From positions 26,893 to 90,892 of the IMG/VR virus record IMGVR_UViG_3300037400_003220: 64,000 bases of DNA. The stretch is one strand, 5' to 3'. The DNA is from a virus. Taxonomy: Duplodnaviria > Caudoviricetes. Position numbers and translations under genes: made by a program. The notes beneath the pieces were generated by a model. The model ran no database searches. It saw only the letters and a list, made by a program, of their open reading frames with translations, and was not told the DNA's origin. The stretch's first letter is position 1; every line of letters starts with the position of its first letter. Positions 49,092 to 58,445 of this stretch are shown here, piece after piece.

Positions 49092-49499
49092 ATGAAAGTA
49101 AACATTGAAATTGAACTAGACGACGAACTTTGGGGCGAATACAAAGAAGGTATTAACCCAGAATTGTTCTTGGAGGATTTGTTTAGTAACTGGGACAAAG
49201 ACGGGGTTGGAAAAGTAACACTTAAGAGTATTGACAACGAAGAATCTATTAATGTTAATAGACTCGCACGGGTTGTCCTAACTGAAACAGGTGCCAAAGT
49301 AGTAAACGACCATATAAAAAATGACGAGACTATTCGCCTCTTATCAGAAGATCAAATTAAAACATTATTTGGACAAAACAAGTTCAAATCTGGTGACACT
49401 TATAAAAGTTCTTTATGGGATATCATGAACATATTTGGTAAATCCATGTATATGGGCTGTGACGTTCCATTTTATCACAACGAAATAACGTTATTATAA
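49092..49499 (+). CDS. Hypothetical protein
   Basis: 135-aa ORF after promoter copy 2. Confidence 0.55.
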   Translation: MKVNIEIELDDELWGEYKEGINPELFLEDLFSNWDKDGVGKVTLKSIDNEESINVNRLARVVLTETGAKVVNDHIKNDETIRLLSEDQIKTLFGQNKFKSGDTYKSSLWDIMNIFGKSMYMGCDVPFYHNEITLL

Positions 49500-49511
49500 A
49501 GGAATTAATAT

Positions 49512-49922
49512 ATGAAATTAACAGAGAAATACATTAAGAAGTATCTTGCTGATTTTCACTATGAGTTAACTCGTGAGCAATTAGAGCAAGATTGGGAATT
49601 CGACAAGGATCCGTACTACAAGGAAAAGGATTGTTGGAAATTTCATGCAGAAGATGGATGTTGGCTTGAAGTAGCAAATTGCGATATATTCGATGCATTT
49701 GATATTGCTGATCACGAATTGGTTGCTAAACGATTGAAAGCCGAATCTGGTGATTTGAAAGAGATTGGAAAAGAAGACTACAAAGAGAGTGGTTTCTGTG
49801 CTGGTGTAGAGCACGAAAAGAAAGTTGCTATTGAAGCCTGCCAGAAGGTAATAGATAAGTTCTATGATAGTAATTTTGATCCGACTATTGATTATATGAA
49901 AATTTTTAAAGAAAATTTATAA
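49512..49922 (+). CDS. Hypothetical protein
   Basis: 136-aa ORF. Confidence 0.55.
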   Translation: MKLTEKYIKKYLADFHYELTREQLEQDWEFDKDPYYKEKDCWKFHAEDGCWLEVANCDIFDAFDIADHELVAKRLKAESGDLKEIGKEDYKESGFCAGVEHEKKVAIEACQKVIDKFYDSNFDPTIDYMKIFKENL

Positions 49923-49926
49923 TATT

Positions 49927-50376
49927 ATGATTAAAGACATTTTAAATAACTTGATTATGGAGTCCATGAAGGCCCATAATTCTGTACGAACAGAAACATA
50001 TCGTGCAATTAAAACCGCATTTATGAATTGGCAAACAGCAAAAGAGAATGCTGGTAAAGAGATGACAGAGACTGATGAGATTAATGTCCTAAAGAAAATG
50101 GTTAAACAACGCCAGGAATCGATGGAACAGTATTTTGCTGCTAAACGAGATGATTTGGCATATGCAGAAGCAGATCAAATCACAATTATCAAAGAGTTTT
50201 TGCCAGAAGAAGCAACAGAGGAAGATATTTTGAAGTGTTTCAACGATGTAATTGGACAAGATGGAGTTGAACCAGTTAAAAAGAACATGGGAGTAATTAT
50301 CAAGGCTATCAAGGGGGCGCTTCCATCAGCAGATGGTAAATTAGTTGCACAAGTAGTATCTAAATATTTAGCATAA
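49927..50376 (+). CDS. GatB/YqeY-domain protein
   Basis: MKAHN..R....RAIK.A...VLKKMVKQRQES.EQY..A.R.DLA..E..QI.IIKEFLP...KNMG.I.K...ADGK.V...V..YL. Confidence 0.88.
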   Translation: MIKDILNNLIMESMKAHNSVRTETYRAIKTAFMNWQTAKENAGKEMTETDEINVLKKMVKQRQESMEQYFAAKRDDLAYAEADQITIIKEFLPEEATEEDILKCFNDVIGQDGVEPVKKNMGVIIKAIKGALPSADGKLVAQVVSKYLA

Positions 50377-50780
50377 TGAATAAACCATTACCATTTAACT
50401 ATAACGACGGAGGCCGTTCGCAATACTACAAGGCTAAAGATGTTCGAGATTGTGTTGCAAGGGCTATTGCGATTGTAACAGGAAAAGATTACAAGGAAGT
50501 TTATAACTACCTAAAGGAGTTGACTGGAGAAACGCCGCGAAATGGCGTAAAAAAGAAATATTCAAAAGTAGCCCTCAAAAATTTAGGTGGAGAATGGCAT
50601 CCGACAATGGGTATTGGTACTGGATGCACAACACACCTAAGAGAAGGAGAACTTCCATCAAAAGGTAAACTTGTGTGTCAGATGGGGCACCATTTAACTA
50701 CCGTTATTGATGGTGTTGTAAATGACACATTTGATCCAGGTTCTGATAGGTGTGTATATGGGTATTGGGTTTTTAAATAA
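50376..50780 (+). CDS. Hypothetical protein with possible papain-like Cys-His-Asp triad
   Basis: DCVARAIAI...Y..VY, HHLTTVIDG and DTFD. Confidence 0.45.
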   Translation: MNKPLPFNYNDGGRSQYYKAKDVRDCVARAIAIVTGKDYKEVYNYLKELTGETPRNGVKKKYSKVALKNLGGEWHPTMGIGTGCTTHLREGELPSKGKLVCQMGHHLTTVIDGVVNDTFDPGSDRCVYGYWVFK

Positions 50781-50814
50781 TTTAAACACTAAAGAATTAT
50801 TATAGTTTTAATAT

Positions 50815-51243
50815 ATGGCACATTGTAGAATAACAATAATAGGAACCGAAGAACAATACGATAAGGTATATGATTACCTCTTTGAAAAAGAGAATCCAGG
50901 GTATTTTGAAGACGTTAGAAACGGAATGGATGAAATGTCGGCTTTCTATAAATGGGGGAGTTTTACCAGTATTGGAGGCTGCGATTGGGTTAAACTTGAG
51001 AAAACAAACATTACGAAACAAGAATATGTTGATAACGATCTTACAACAAGATATATTAAATGGTATAATCAGTACGGCGATGATGAACGAGGCTATCGAG
51101 GACATTACATTCTAGATGTACGAGAAGCCGATACTAACTTAGAAAACATTGATTTAGATTGCTATCTTCTCAGTGAATATATTGAGAAAATCAAATCACT
51201 ACCAGACGACGTAAATATAATGATTGCAGATTCACATTGGTAA
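50815..51243 (+). CDS. Hypothetical protein
   Basis: 142-aa ORF. Confidence 0.55.
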   Translation: MAHCRITIIGTEEQYDKVYDYLFEKENPGYFEDVRNGMDEMSAFYKWGSFTSIGGCDWVKLEKTNITKQEYVDNDLTTRYIKWYNQYGDDERGYRGHYILDVREADTNLENIDLDCYLLSEYIEKIKSLPDDVNIMIADSHW

Positions 51244-51259
51244 TTAAATAATAAAATAT

Positions 51260-52081
51260 ATGACAAACGAAGAGAAAATTTCATGTTTCGCATTTGAACT
51301 TAGCGAAATAAAAGACGAAAACTTAAAGAAGTTTTTAACAATAATTTTAGAGGGTACTGGAGATTGGTTCTACCACGATCCAGCATCTACAAGCGGTAAA
51401 TACCACCCAAAGTACGCACTCGGCGATGGTGGCCTTATGCGTCACACACGTGCTGTTGCTTACTGGGCAAAAGAACTTTGTCGTACAGAACTATTTGATG
51501 TAAACGAGCGACAAGGAGAATTGCTTTATGTTGCTGCAATTCTCCACGATATTAGAAAGCATACAGCGACTGGTGGTTACATTCAGAAGCACGCAAGGGC
51601 TGGATATGATTTGATATTAGCAACACAGGCTGAACACCCAGAACTTCTCTCAAAAGAAGAAGCCCAATACATGGCCGATGCTGTTTCTACACACATGGGC
51701 ATATGGGGGGTAAAAGATGGAGAGAGAAAGCCAACTAGCGATGCCGAGAAACTTCTTCATATTGCTGATTATAACGCAAGCAGAAAGGAAATCATTATGG
51801 AGTTTGCTAGTGTACCGATAGTATTCCCTAAAATTCCATCAGTAAGTATTGTTGGAAAGCCAGTTGTAGAAGAAGTTACATCACCAGAATCTGAAGTAAT
51901 AGCAGAGAAAAAAGATAAACAAAAAGAACCAATTGTTTTTAACTTCGGTAAATATCGTGGCAAAACAATTGATGAGGTGTATGCTGAAAACGCGGATTAT
52001 CTGAAGTGGATTGCAGAACAGAAAGAATTTTTCAACCAAGAAATTCAAAATCAGGTTAAAGAATATTTGAAAAATAAATAG
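51260..52081 (+). CDS. HD-domain hydrolase with C-terminal FGKY (ExoX-C/QSregVF-like) domain
   Basis: PAS..GKYH...GGLMRHT, AILHDIRK, HMG, LHIADY; C-terminal FNFGKYRGKTIDEVYAENADYLKW. Confidence 0.8.
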   Translation: MTNEEKISCFAFELSEIKDENLKKFLTIILEGTGDWFYHDPASTSGKYHPKYALGDGGLMRHTRAVAYWAKELCRTELFDVNERQGELLYVAAILHDIRKHTATGGYIQKHARAGYDLILATQAEHPELLSKEEAQYMADAVSTHMGIWGVKDGERKPTSDAEKLLHIADYNASRKEIIMEFASVPIVFPKIPSVSIVGKPVVEEVTSPESEVIAEKKDKQKEPIVFNFGKYRGKTIDEVYAENADYLKWIAEQKEFFNQEIQNQVKEYLKNK

Positions 52082-52093
52082 TATATTTGTGTT

Positions 52094-52636
52094 ATGGAAG
52101 AGAAAACAATGATAGCAAACATGTGGGAAACACCAGATGGAACAATCCTATGGTCTCGTTATACTCATGATTCTGTTAACTATATTGATGAAAATGGAAT
52201 AAGATATATGGTAGATGGCGGAAACGACTATTGCCATTTGTCTGATAGTAAAGAACATCCAATGAAAAATCGTTGTGTTTTCAATGATGAGCCTTGGGAA
52301 GTTCAACGTAAATTCATACTTCGCGGTACATTTGATCAAGATGAAAACCGAGTATGGGTTCCGTTATACAAACTATCTAACGGTCACATAAATTCGTTGG
52401 TTGCCGATGCCAATATACCAGAATCAACAAAGATCAACTATCTTACAGAACAAGCATATCGTAAGGAGCATAAGATTAATATTCACACACACAATTATGC
52501 ATTTGAAGGTGTTCAACCCATATCGTCACCAAATCCTTATGTCTGCCCTCATTGCGGATCAAAGAACGTACATTGTCACGCTGGCATGATGACCGATAGA
52601 TATGAGTGTGAAGATTGTCATTTTGATTGGAGGTAA
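52094..52636 (+). CDS. Hypothetical protein with C-terminal Zn ribbon
   Basis: SRYTHD..., MVDGGNDY, WG-type motif RGTFD; ends CPHCGS...CEDC. Confidence 0.6.
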   Translation: MEEKTMIANMWETPDGTILWSRYTHDSVNYIDENGIRYMVDGGNDYCHLSDSKEHPMKNRCVFNDEPWEVQRKFILRGTFDQDENRVWVPLYKLSNGHINSLVADANIPESTKINYLTEQAYRKEHKINIHTHNYAFEGVQPISSPNPYVCPHCGSKNVHCHAGMMTDRYECEDCHFDWR

Positions 52637-52638
52637 TT

Positions 52639-52824
52639 ATGGAAGAAGCAAAGAATTTACATACAGTCAAGAAATTAATTGAATATTTACAACAATTCCC
52701 AGAGAACACAAAAGTTTTCATCTCTGATTGGGATTGTTATAATGACGAGCCGTCAAAGCGCTCAATAGATCATCCATATACTATTGAAACAAAGGGAGGT
52801 AAACTTAAAGAAATAAGATTATAA
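52639..52824 (+). CDS. Small 'TV.ELI..L' family protein
   Basis: HTVKKLIEYLQQFPENTKVFI; resembles ORFs 56023 and 58088. Confidence 0.5.
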   Translation: MEEAKNLHTVKKLIEYLQQFPENTKVFISDWDCYNDEPSKRSIDHPYTIETKGGKLKEIRL

Positions 52825-52907
52825 TATCTTTCTTCGGTACAGAAAAAACAAATAACGACGTGTCAGAGCCAGGCTTTGGCCATAATGATACACACATATG
52901 ACTTGGT

Positions 52908-54270
52908 GTAAACTACGCCTAAACTAAAGATTTAGGTGCTTTAGCAAAGACAGAAAGTTTTTGACAAGGTACGTTTACGAGTACTCTTACATCATCTGTC
53001 GTCAAGACATTTGATTCACGTTCTTTGAAATACTTTTTTAGAATATTGACACTACCGTTAATATCAGCATTGAGCAAACTTCCGACAGAAGATTTGTAAA
53101 GGCCGCGATGTATTCGTTTTCCGCTAAATTCGGTGGATACAGCATCTCCATATGTTGGTATAAAGTCATCATCAAGGCAACTTGCTTTTGATGTATAACT
53201 TTCTTCCTGCGGACAATAGTTAATACCGTGTAATTCACATTGGTATTGTAACTTCTGTCGTAATTTATGTAATGGTATCATAACCATATTCTGATTGTTA
53301 ACTTTACCGATGTTAATCTTTTGTTTTTGACACTTGTTATAACCAATAACCAAAGTTGTAACATTGTTTTCAATACACCTGTTTACTAACAATTTTACTG
53401 TTTTGTTAAAGTAATCATTGATACGGTTTGTTCTACCATTCACCAAACGAAGCATTCGTTTTGTGCTATCTGATTTTATGTCCTTATTCTTGGAATATTC
53501 TGACTTGAGTTGTGCAACTTTCTTATTGTAATAGTGATTGATGTTTTTTAGTCTTCGTCCATCAATAAGAAATTGTTGAACGTCACTATTAGAAAAGATT
53601 GTACACGCAGCAAGGTTGTCTATTCCTAAATCAATAGACATATATCCATCACCAGATGCCTTTTGTGTTTGCTTGTTTGATTCATATATAAACTCAATGC
53701 TGAATTGTTTACCATTGTACTGTGGAATTATTCTTATTTCCTTAAATTCCGTTACATTTCGAATGTTTTTTGGAATTGTAAATAAGATTCTTCTATCTGT
53801 AATACCGTATTTTTCGCGGAATTCTTTGGTAAGCCCAATTGCTACACGGCAATCCTTTTGGATACGGCAACTTCTGCCCTGTATCGCAAATACGGATAGT
53901 TCTTCCGATTTCTTGTATTTTGGAAGTCTGACTGCATTAGAATACTTACCAGACTTTTTAAGAGTTATCATCTTAAAGAAAGACTGCATATCTCTATCAA
54001 CAAGTCGTAGTATCTGCTGAGAAGTGTCTGTTAAAAGGATTGTGTAGTTTTCATTTGTTTTACAATTATTGTAGTTTGAATAATAAGACAAATAAGACTG
54101 TGTATTAAAATAGTGTTGACGAACAGAATATAATCCAACATTATAAAGTCTTGCAGAATGATAACAAAGATTTCTGAGGATTGATAAATCAACCTCATGC
54201 CTTTGCTCTGTCTGTAATATTTTAGTTGTTAGATACATAATATTTCAGTTGTCTGTATATAAATAGTTTA
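52908..54270 (-). mobile_element. Solo IS200/IS605-family (IS1341-like) element carrying tnpB, no tnpA
   Basis: tnpB ORF plus a right-end hairpin on the minus strand, AAGCA-CCTAAA-TCTTTAG-TTTAGG-CG-TAGTTTAC, ending at about 52908. Left boundary is approximate. Confidence 0.7.
52919..54238 (-). CDS. tnpB: TnpB RNA-guided endonuclease (rearranged RuvC-II type)
   Basis: N-terminal HTH (LCYHSARLYN..LY..RQ.YF), RuvC-I SIDLGIDN, LVIGYN where the usual Glu is absent, EESYTS, RuvC-III NADINGSVNI; Zn finger degenerate. Confidence 0.9.
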   Translation of the reverse strand: MYLTTKILQTEQRHEVDLSILRNLCYHSARLYNVGLYSVRQHYFNTQSYLSYYSNYNNCKTNENYTILLTDTSQQILRLVDRDMQSFFKMITLKKSGKYSNAVRLPKYKKSEELSVFAIQGRSCRIQKDCRVAIGLTKEFREKYGITDRRILFTIPKNIRNVTEFKEIRIIPQYNGKQFSIEFIYESNKQTQKASGDGYMSIDLGIDNLAACTIFSNSDVQQFLIDGRRLKNINHYYNKKVAQLKSEYSKNKDIKSDSTKRMLRLVNGRTNRINDYFNKTVKLLVNRCIENNVTTLVIGYNKCQKQKINIGKVNNQNMVMIPLHKLRQKLQYQCELHGINYCPQEESYTSKASCLDDDFIPTYGDAVSTEFSGKRIHRGLYKSSVGSLLNADINGSVNILKKYFKERESNVLTTDDVRVLVNVPCQKLSVFAKAPKSLV

Positions 54271-54344
54271 ATATTCTAAAAAGTTCATAATATATTTATG
54301 CAAAATAAAAAAAAATAATAATTAACAAAAAAAGTAGGTACCGC

Positions 54345-54593
54345 ATGAATATTTCGTGGTATGAAATTTTAATAGCAGTGATTATAGGTCTTCTACTTGG
54401 AGGTCTTGTGTCATATATACTTTTTTATCCATTATACGAAGCTTTTAGAGATTTTGAAGAGGCTTATACGAAAGAATGTAATGCAATCATAGAATGTTGC
54501 AACAAAATAATCAATACCCAAAAGACAATAAGCGAAACACTCAAAATCCAAGAAGAAACAGGCGACAAAATAAAAGAAACACTTAAAAAATAA
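54345..54593 (+). CDS. Hypothetical membrane protein
   Basis: N-terminal TM helix plus coiled coil. Confidence 0.55.
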   Translation: MNISWYEILIAVIIGLLLGGLVSYILFYPLYEAFRDFEEAYTKECNAIIECCNKIINTQKTISETLKIQEETGDKIKETLKK

Positions 54594-54599
54594 AATAAT

Positions 54600-55019
54600 A
54601 TGGTAAACGAAGAATTAAGAAAGAAAATTGCAGATGCTGGATACGAGAACTCAATCGTATATGACGATCCTTCATTTGATAACTCAATCATTGGGGTAGA
54701 TGTAAATGGTAAGACAGTATATCTATATTCACTAATGGCGCTCGAATATGTAGAGGATGACTTCGAGTATGTCAAAAATGAATACGAAGGAAATTTAGAT
54801 GATTATAAAAATGATACCTTGTCGGAGGCTTATGAATTTATTGACTATAATACCGTCCGTGCTACACCATATATGGGTTCATTGGCACCAGTAATTATTG
54901 ATTACAACCCAGAAACTGAAACATGGTATAACTTAATTAATGGCGAGGATTATAATATTGAAGACATTGACCTTGACATCAATATAGCAGAATTGAAGAA
55001 TTATAGCGATCAACTATGA
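54600..55019 (+). CDS. Hypothetical acidic protein
   Basis: FDNSIIGV...Y...EAYEFIDYNT.RA.PYMG..AP motif. Confidence 0.55.
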   Translation: MVNEELRKKIADAGYENSIVYDDPSFDNSIIGVDVNGKTVYLYSLMALEYVEDDFEYVKNEYEGNLDDYKNDTLSEAYEFIDYNTVRATPYMGSLAPVIIDYNPETETWYNLINGEDYNIEDIDLDINIAELKNYSDQL

Positions 55020-55078
55020 TTCATTAATAATAAAAATTAAAAAGTTGTGCCCGACACGAATTAGGGATTTTTAAAATT

Positions 55079-55906
55079 ATGATTGACATTTCAAAAGAAG
55101 GATATGAATTATCCTCAGAACTTTTCTCATTTAAAGACATGAGACGTGGTGTCATTGAACACGGAAAAGTATGCTACATTGAAGGATATAAAAAGCATGC
55201 TGAACTATTCTGCAATTTCTTAATTAAAAATGGTTATTTTGACGATTTCGAACTTAATAATGTTCTTGCTGAATTTGACTCATTTCTAAATGATACTCCA
55301 GCAATATCATGTAACTATGCAGAAAGTTTACTTAGTAAGGTAAGGCCTTGGTTAGGTAAGGACGCCTATTTATATTATCATCAAAAAGACGTTATCGAAT
55401 TGTACAAGGATTTAACTAACGAGAAAAATATTCTTCGTATACAGAAACCAAGACAGGGCGGAGTAACAACGGCTCTTTATCTTATTGCCTATATGGAATG
55501 TTTGAATAAAAAACGAGTTTTATATTACGGATATGATGAAGCGCCATTTGCCTCTCAATACTTCAAATATATTGAATTAAACCATATATCAGGAATCAAT
55601 GAAAAATCTCTCGTAGATAAAAGATATGATTTAGTAATCATTGATGAAATATTTGAATTTGAGAATCCAGATAAAGATTTAAAAAATCTCAAGAAGTGTT
55701 TAACAGAGAACGGCCGAATAATTATTTCTTGCACACCTTCGTCAAAAGAAAGAAATGAAACACAGTATAAAACGATAAGGGACTTCTTTGAAAAAGATTA
55801 TCCAGATGTAGTTTCTTATAAATGGAAATGTACAGACAAAAATATAGCACAGTCAGAAAAATATCCAGAGTTTAAAAACGAAATACTTGGCGAATTTATA
55901 GAATGA
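55079..55906 (+). CDS. Terminase-large-subunit-like ATPase domain without nuclease domain
   Basis: KPRQGGVTT (Walker A-like), LVIIDEIF (Walker B), IIISCTP (coupling motif), FKNEILGEF. Confidence 0.55.
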   Translation: MIDISKEGYELSSELFSFKDMRRGVIEHGKVCYIEGYKKHAELFCNFLIKNGYFDDFELNNVLAEFDSFLNDTPAISCNYAESLLSKVRPWLGKDAYLYYHQKDVIELYKDLTNEKNILRIQKPRQGGVTTALYLIAYMECLNKKRVLYYGYDEAPFASQYFKYIELNHISGINEKSLVDKRYDLVIIDEIFEFENPDKDLKNLKKCLTENGRIIISCTPSSKERNETQYKTIRDFFEKDYPDVVSYKWKCTDKNIAQSEKYPEFKNEILGEFIE

Positions 55907-55955
55907 ATAAGAATGGGTTTGGCAAAAGTGCATGCCAATCTCATTTTTTCTCTCA

Positions 55956-56010
55956 AAAATTTTTATATATCAAAAAATTATTGTACTTTTGCAGCAGATT
56001 TGAAAATTTA
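55956..56010 (+). promoter_or_regulatory. Repeated early-type promoter, copy 3
   Basis: AAAATTTTTATATA at 55956 and TACTTTTG at 55984 (28-nt offset), then CAGCAGATTT. Confidence 0.8.
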
Positions 56011-56022
56011 ACTTATAAAATT

Positions 56023-56184
56023 ATGACAGTAAATGAATTATTTAATGAATTATCTACGATACCAGAAGAATTAAGAGATAGTGAAGTTCAAGTCTCTACT
56101 GGCTATAACGAGTTAGATAAGGTAAATGGAGTTGGAATAACCGCCAATATCTCTTTGAAAGAGGTAAAATTAAGTTTTTATTAA
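56023..56184 (+). CDS. Small 'MTV.EL' family protein (start moved to 56023)
   Basis: MTVNELFNELSTIPEELRDSEV; the longer ORF call would overlap the promoter. Confidence 0.55.
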   Translation: MTVNELFNELSTIPEELRDSEVQVSTGYNELDKVNGVGITANISLKEVKLSFY

Positions 56185-56189
56185 AATTA

Positions 56190-56681
56190 ATGAAAGTGAT
56201 ATTTTTAGACATAGATGGTGTTTTAAACAATGATGCACACTGGAAAAGAATTAGGGGCAAATTGTATACACAGGTCAGTCAGACTTTACTTGATAAATTA
56301 TTAATCATTTTAAAAGAGACGGATGCAAAATTGGTTATCTCATCATCATGGAGAGGATTTCAATTAAAAGAAACTATAGAAGATTTCGAAACGTGCAAGT
56401 CTAAAAACGAGTTAAAACAAATAACAAAATATATTGTCGGAATAACGCCTCATAGTCAGGAAAGGCATAGAGGGAAAGAGATTAAATGGTTCATTGAAAA
56501 ACAAGATGATTGCCTCTATTATAAATTAGTTGATCAAAAATTAGATATTGAAGATTATGTTATTATAGACGACGATGCCGATATGCTTGATGAACAAAAG
56601 CCACATTTTTTTCAAACAAAGTACTGGAGAGGATTAACGATGTGGGAAGTAAAAAAGGTTATTAACTATTTTAACAGATAA
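56190..56681 (+). CDS. HAD phosphatase (Swiss-army-knife RNA-repair-like)
   Basis: VIFLDIDGVLN, LVISSSWR, RG.EI, YVIIDDD..ML, GLT. Confidence 0.82.
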   Translation: MKVIFLDIDGVLNNDAHWKRIRGKLYTQVSQTLLDKLLIILKETDAKLVISSSWRGFQLKETIEDFETCKSKNELKQITKYIVGITPHSQERHRGKEIKWFIEKQDDCLYYKLVDQKLDIEDYVIIDDDADMLDEQKPHFFQTKYWRGLTMWEVKKVINYFNR

Positions 56682-56687
56682 AGAATT

Positions 56688-56981
56688 ATGAAAATAACAA
56701 TTGTCCTTAAAAAAGGACTTGATGAGAGTGTTATAACATTTAACACAAGACAATTGGCAAAGAATTACATCAGAATTCTTAAGTCCGAACAAAAAAACAA
56801 CCCAGGACTTTCTTTGGTTGATTTATATTATCCAGAAGATTTAAATGGTTACATTGAGAGTGTCATAGATAGTGAATGCATTGGTGGTGGTTTTTATTAT
56901 GAATACGGCGAAGACGTAGAAAAACTAATAGAAGAAACTGCTATTGATGTGGATGATTTATTAATTAAATACGATTGTTGA
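56688..56981 (+). CDS. Hypothetical protein
   Basis: 97-aa ORF in operon. Confidence 0.5.
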   Translation: MKITIVLKKGLDESVITFNTRQLAKNYIRILKSEQKNNPGLSLVDLYYPEDLNGYIESVIDSECIGGGFYYEYGEDVEKLIEETAIDVDDLLIKYDC

Positions 56982-56982
56982 T

Positions 56983-57435
56983 ATGGAAACAAAAGATCAT
57001 GAATACTACGTATCACCCGAAGTGGCAAATCTGTTAGAAAAGGCAGGATTTGATTGGAGATGTAGAAAGTGCTATAATAAAGGAGTGTTGTTTGATATGG
57101 AGTCTGATGAGATCAGAGCGCAGTGTCCTCAGCATTCTTCTTACGATGTTTTAGCACCAACTCTCGAAGTAGCACAAAGATGGTTAAGGGAAGTAAAAGG
57201 AATAATTATAAGTCCAGATGTACGAGATATCGATTATATAAAATACAACGCAACAATTCATGCGATATATAAGGAGATGAACCCAGAACTCCATATTGAA
57301 GGTGTTGGGACAATTCATTTTGTACCGTATGGTTTAATTTGTAAAGGTATAACTGGATTTTATGACACTTACGAAGAATCTCTTGAAGATGGTATTAAGA
57401 TTGCACTTGAAACAATTTTAGAGAAAGGAGAATAA
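56983..57435 (+). CDS. Hypothetical Bacteroidales-phage protein
   Basis: YVS.EVA.LL.KAGFDW...APTL..AQRWLREVK.I...YEE.LE.GI..AL. Confidence 0.6.
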   Translation: METKDHEYYVSPEVANLLEKAGFDWRCRKCYNKGVLFDMESDEIRAQCPQHSSYDVLAPTLEVAQRWLREVKGIIISPDVRDIDYIKYNATIHAIYKEMNPELHIEGVGTIHFVPYGLICKGITGFYDTYEESLEDGIKIALETILEKGE

Positions 57436-57440
57436 GTAAT

Positions 57441-57716
57441 ATGAAAGTAAAGTATTTAACACAAACACAAAAGAAAAAAGTAGATAAAATTGACCTTTTA
57501 TTAACACAACTTCGAAAAGAAGGCGTATATCCATATATTTTTGGAGGGGGTGGATCTAATTTGGTATTTATTCGTCATGCCGATGAAGATGCTGACCAGA
57601 TATGTGATATTCTTTTATCGCCAGGGGATAACTATAAGGAATATAAGAAAATAAAGGAAAGAGAATATGAAGCCCAAGAATCATATAAAAATGTAATTGA
57701 AGCATTAGGATTATAA
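57441..57716 (+). CDS. Hypothetical protein
   Basis: 91-aa ORF. Confidence 0.5.
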   Translation: MKVKYLTQTQKKKVDKIDLLLTQLRKEGVYPYIFGGGGSNLVFIRHADEDADQICDILLSPGDNYKEYKKIKEREYEAQESYKNVIEALGL

Positions 57717-57720
57717 AATA

Positions 57721-58020
57721 ATGAGAGAGTATAAAAATGACAGTATTTGTAAAAAATGTGCATGCACCAGAATCGATTTTAGCAAGAAGCCAATCCCTGA
57801 AAATAAAGAGGGCTTCTATAAACAGATAATGGAAATGGCTGAGAAAATTCAGAGAACAATCGACGAGCATAGGAGAAACGAGCAGGATGGTATTTTAGTT
57901 GGTTCAAATGGGCACCAGCCTATTGCTAATGATTCTATCAAAGCATATTTTACAATGGTTAATCCATGTGCAGGAAATAATTTTGGAGTTTCAATTATTG
58001 ATATATTATATAATAAATAA
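57721..58020 (+). CDS. Hypothetical protein
   Basis: 99-aa ORF. Confidence 0.5.
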   Translation: MREYKNDSICKKCACTRIDFSKKPIPENKEGFYKQIMEMAEKIQRTIDEHRRNEQDGILVGSNGHQPIANDSIKAYFTMVNPCAGNNFGVSIIDILYNK

Positions 58021-58087
58021 AGCTTCTATTTTTTAGTTTGAATAAAAAGTATTAATTTTGCATCGTAATTAAAAGAAAGGTAAAATT

Positions 58088-58240
58088 ATGACAGTACAAG
58101 AGCTAATCAATAAGTTAAATTCTATTGATGACAAGTCAAAGGAAGTTTCATTTTCTTATGATTTTGGAACTAATGAAATGGGTGATCCGTTTGATGTAAC
58201 AATTGTAACAGAAGCAATGGATTGTGTAATAATTGGTTAA
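58088..58240 (+). CDS. Small 'MTV.EL' family protein, 50 aa (not in the ORF track)
   Basis: MTVQELINKLNSIDDKSKEVSFSYDFGTNEMGDPFDVTIVTEAMDCVIIG*; TAATTTTG promoter box at 58053-58060. Confidence 0.6.
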   Translation: MTVQELINKLNSIDDKSKEVSFSYDFGTNEMGDPFDVTIVTEAMDCVIIG

Positions 58241-58257
58241 TAAAGGAGAATAAAATT

Positions 58258-58424
58258 ATGACACTTGAAGACATTAAAAATGCAGAATTCGACAAATAAG
58301 AGCGTATGCCGATGACTATGTTAATGATTTAGGAAATATAGCATACAGCGGCTATATGATAAGTATAATTAAAGATGTTATAGAAGATGCGGTAAGATGG
58401 GCAGATTCTCATCCTAAAAAATAA
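58258..58424 (+). pseudogene. Small gene frameshifted at 58294-58296
   Basis: MTLEDIKNAEFDK* continues in the -1 frame as IRAYADDYVNDLG...AVRWADSHPKK*; one added A restores a 55-aa ORF. Confidence 0.5.
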
Positions 58425-58445
58425 AATTGAAAAGGAGGCAGTATT

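Noticed and set aside
52825-52907. tRNA or other known ncRNA in the GC-richer intergenic stretch
   Set aside because: No cloverleaf, T-loop (TTCGA) or CCA arrangement; treated only as TnpB flank. No tRNA or rRNA was recognised in the window.
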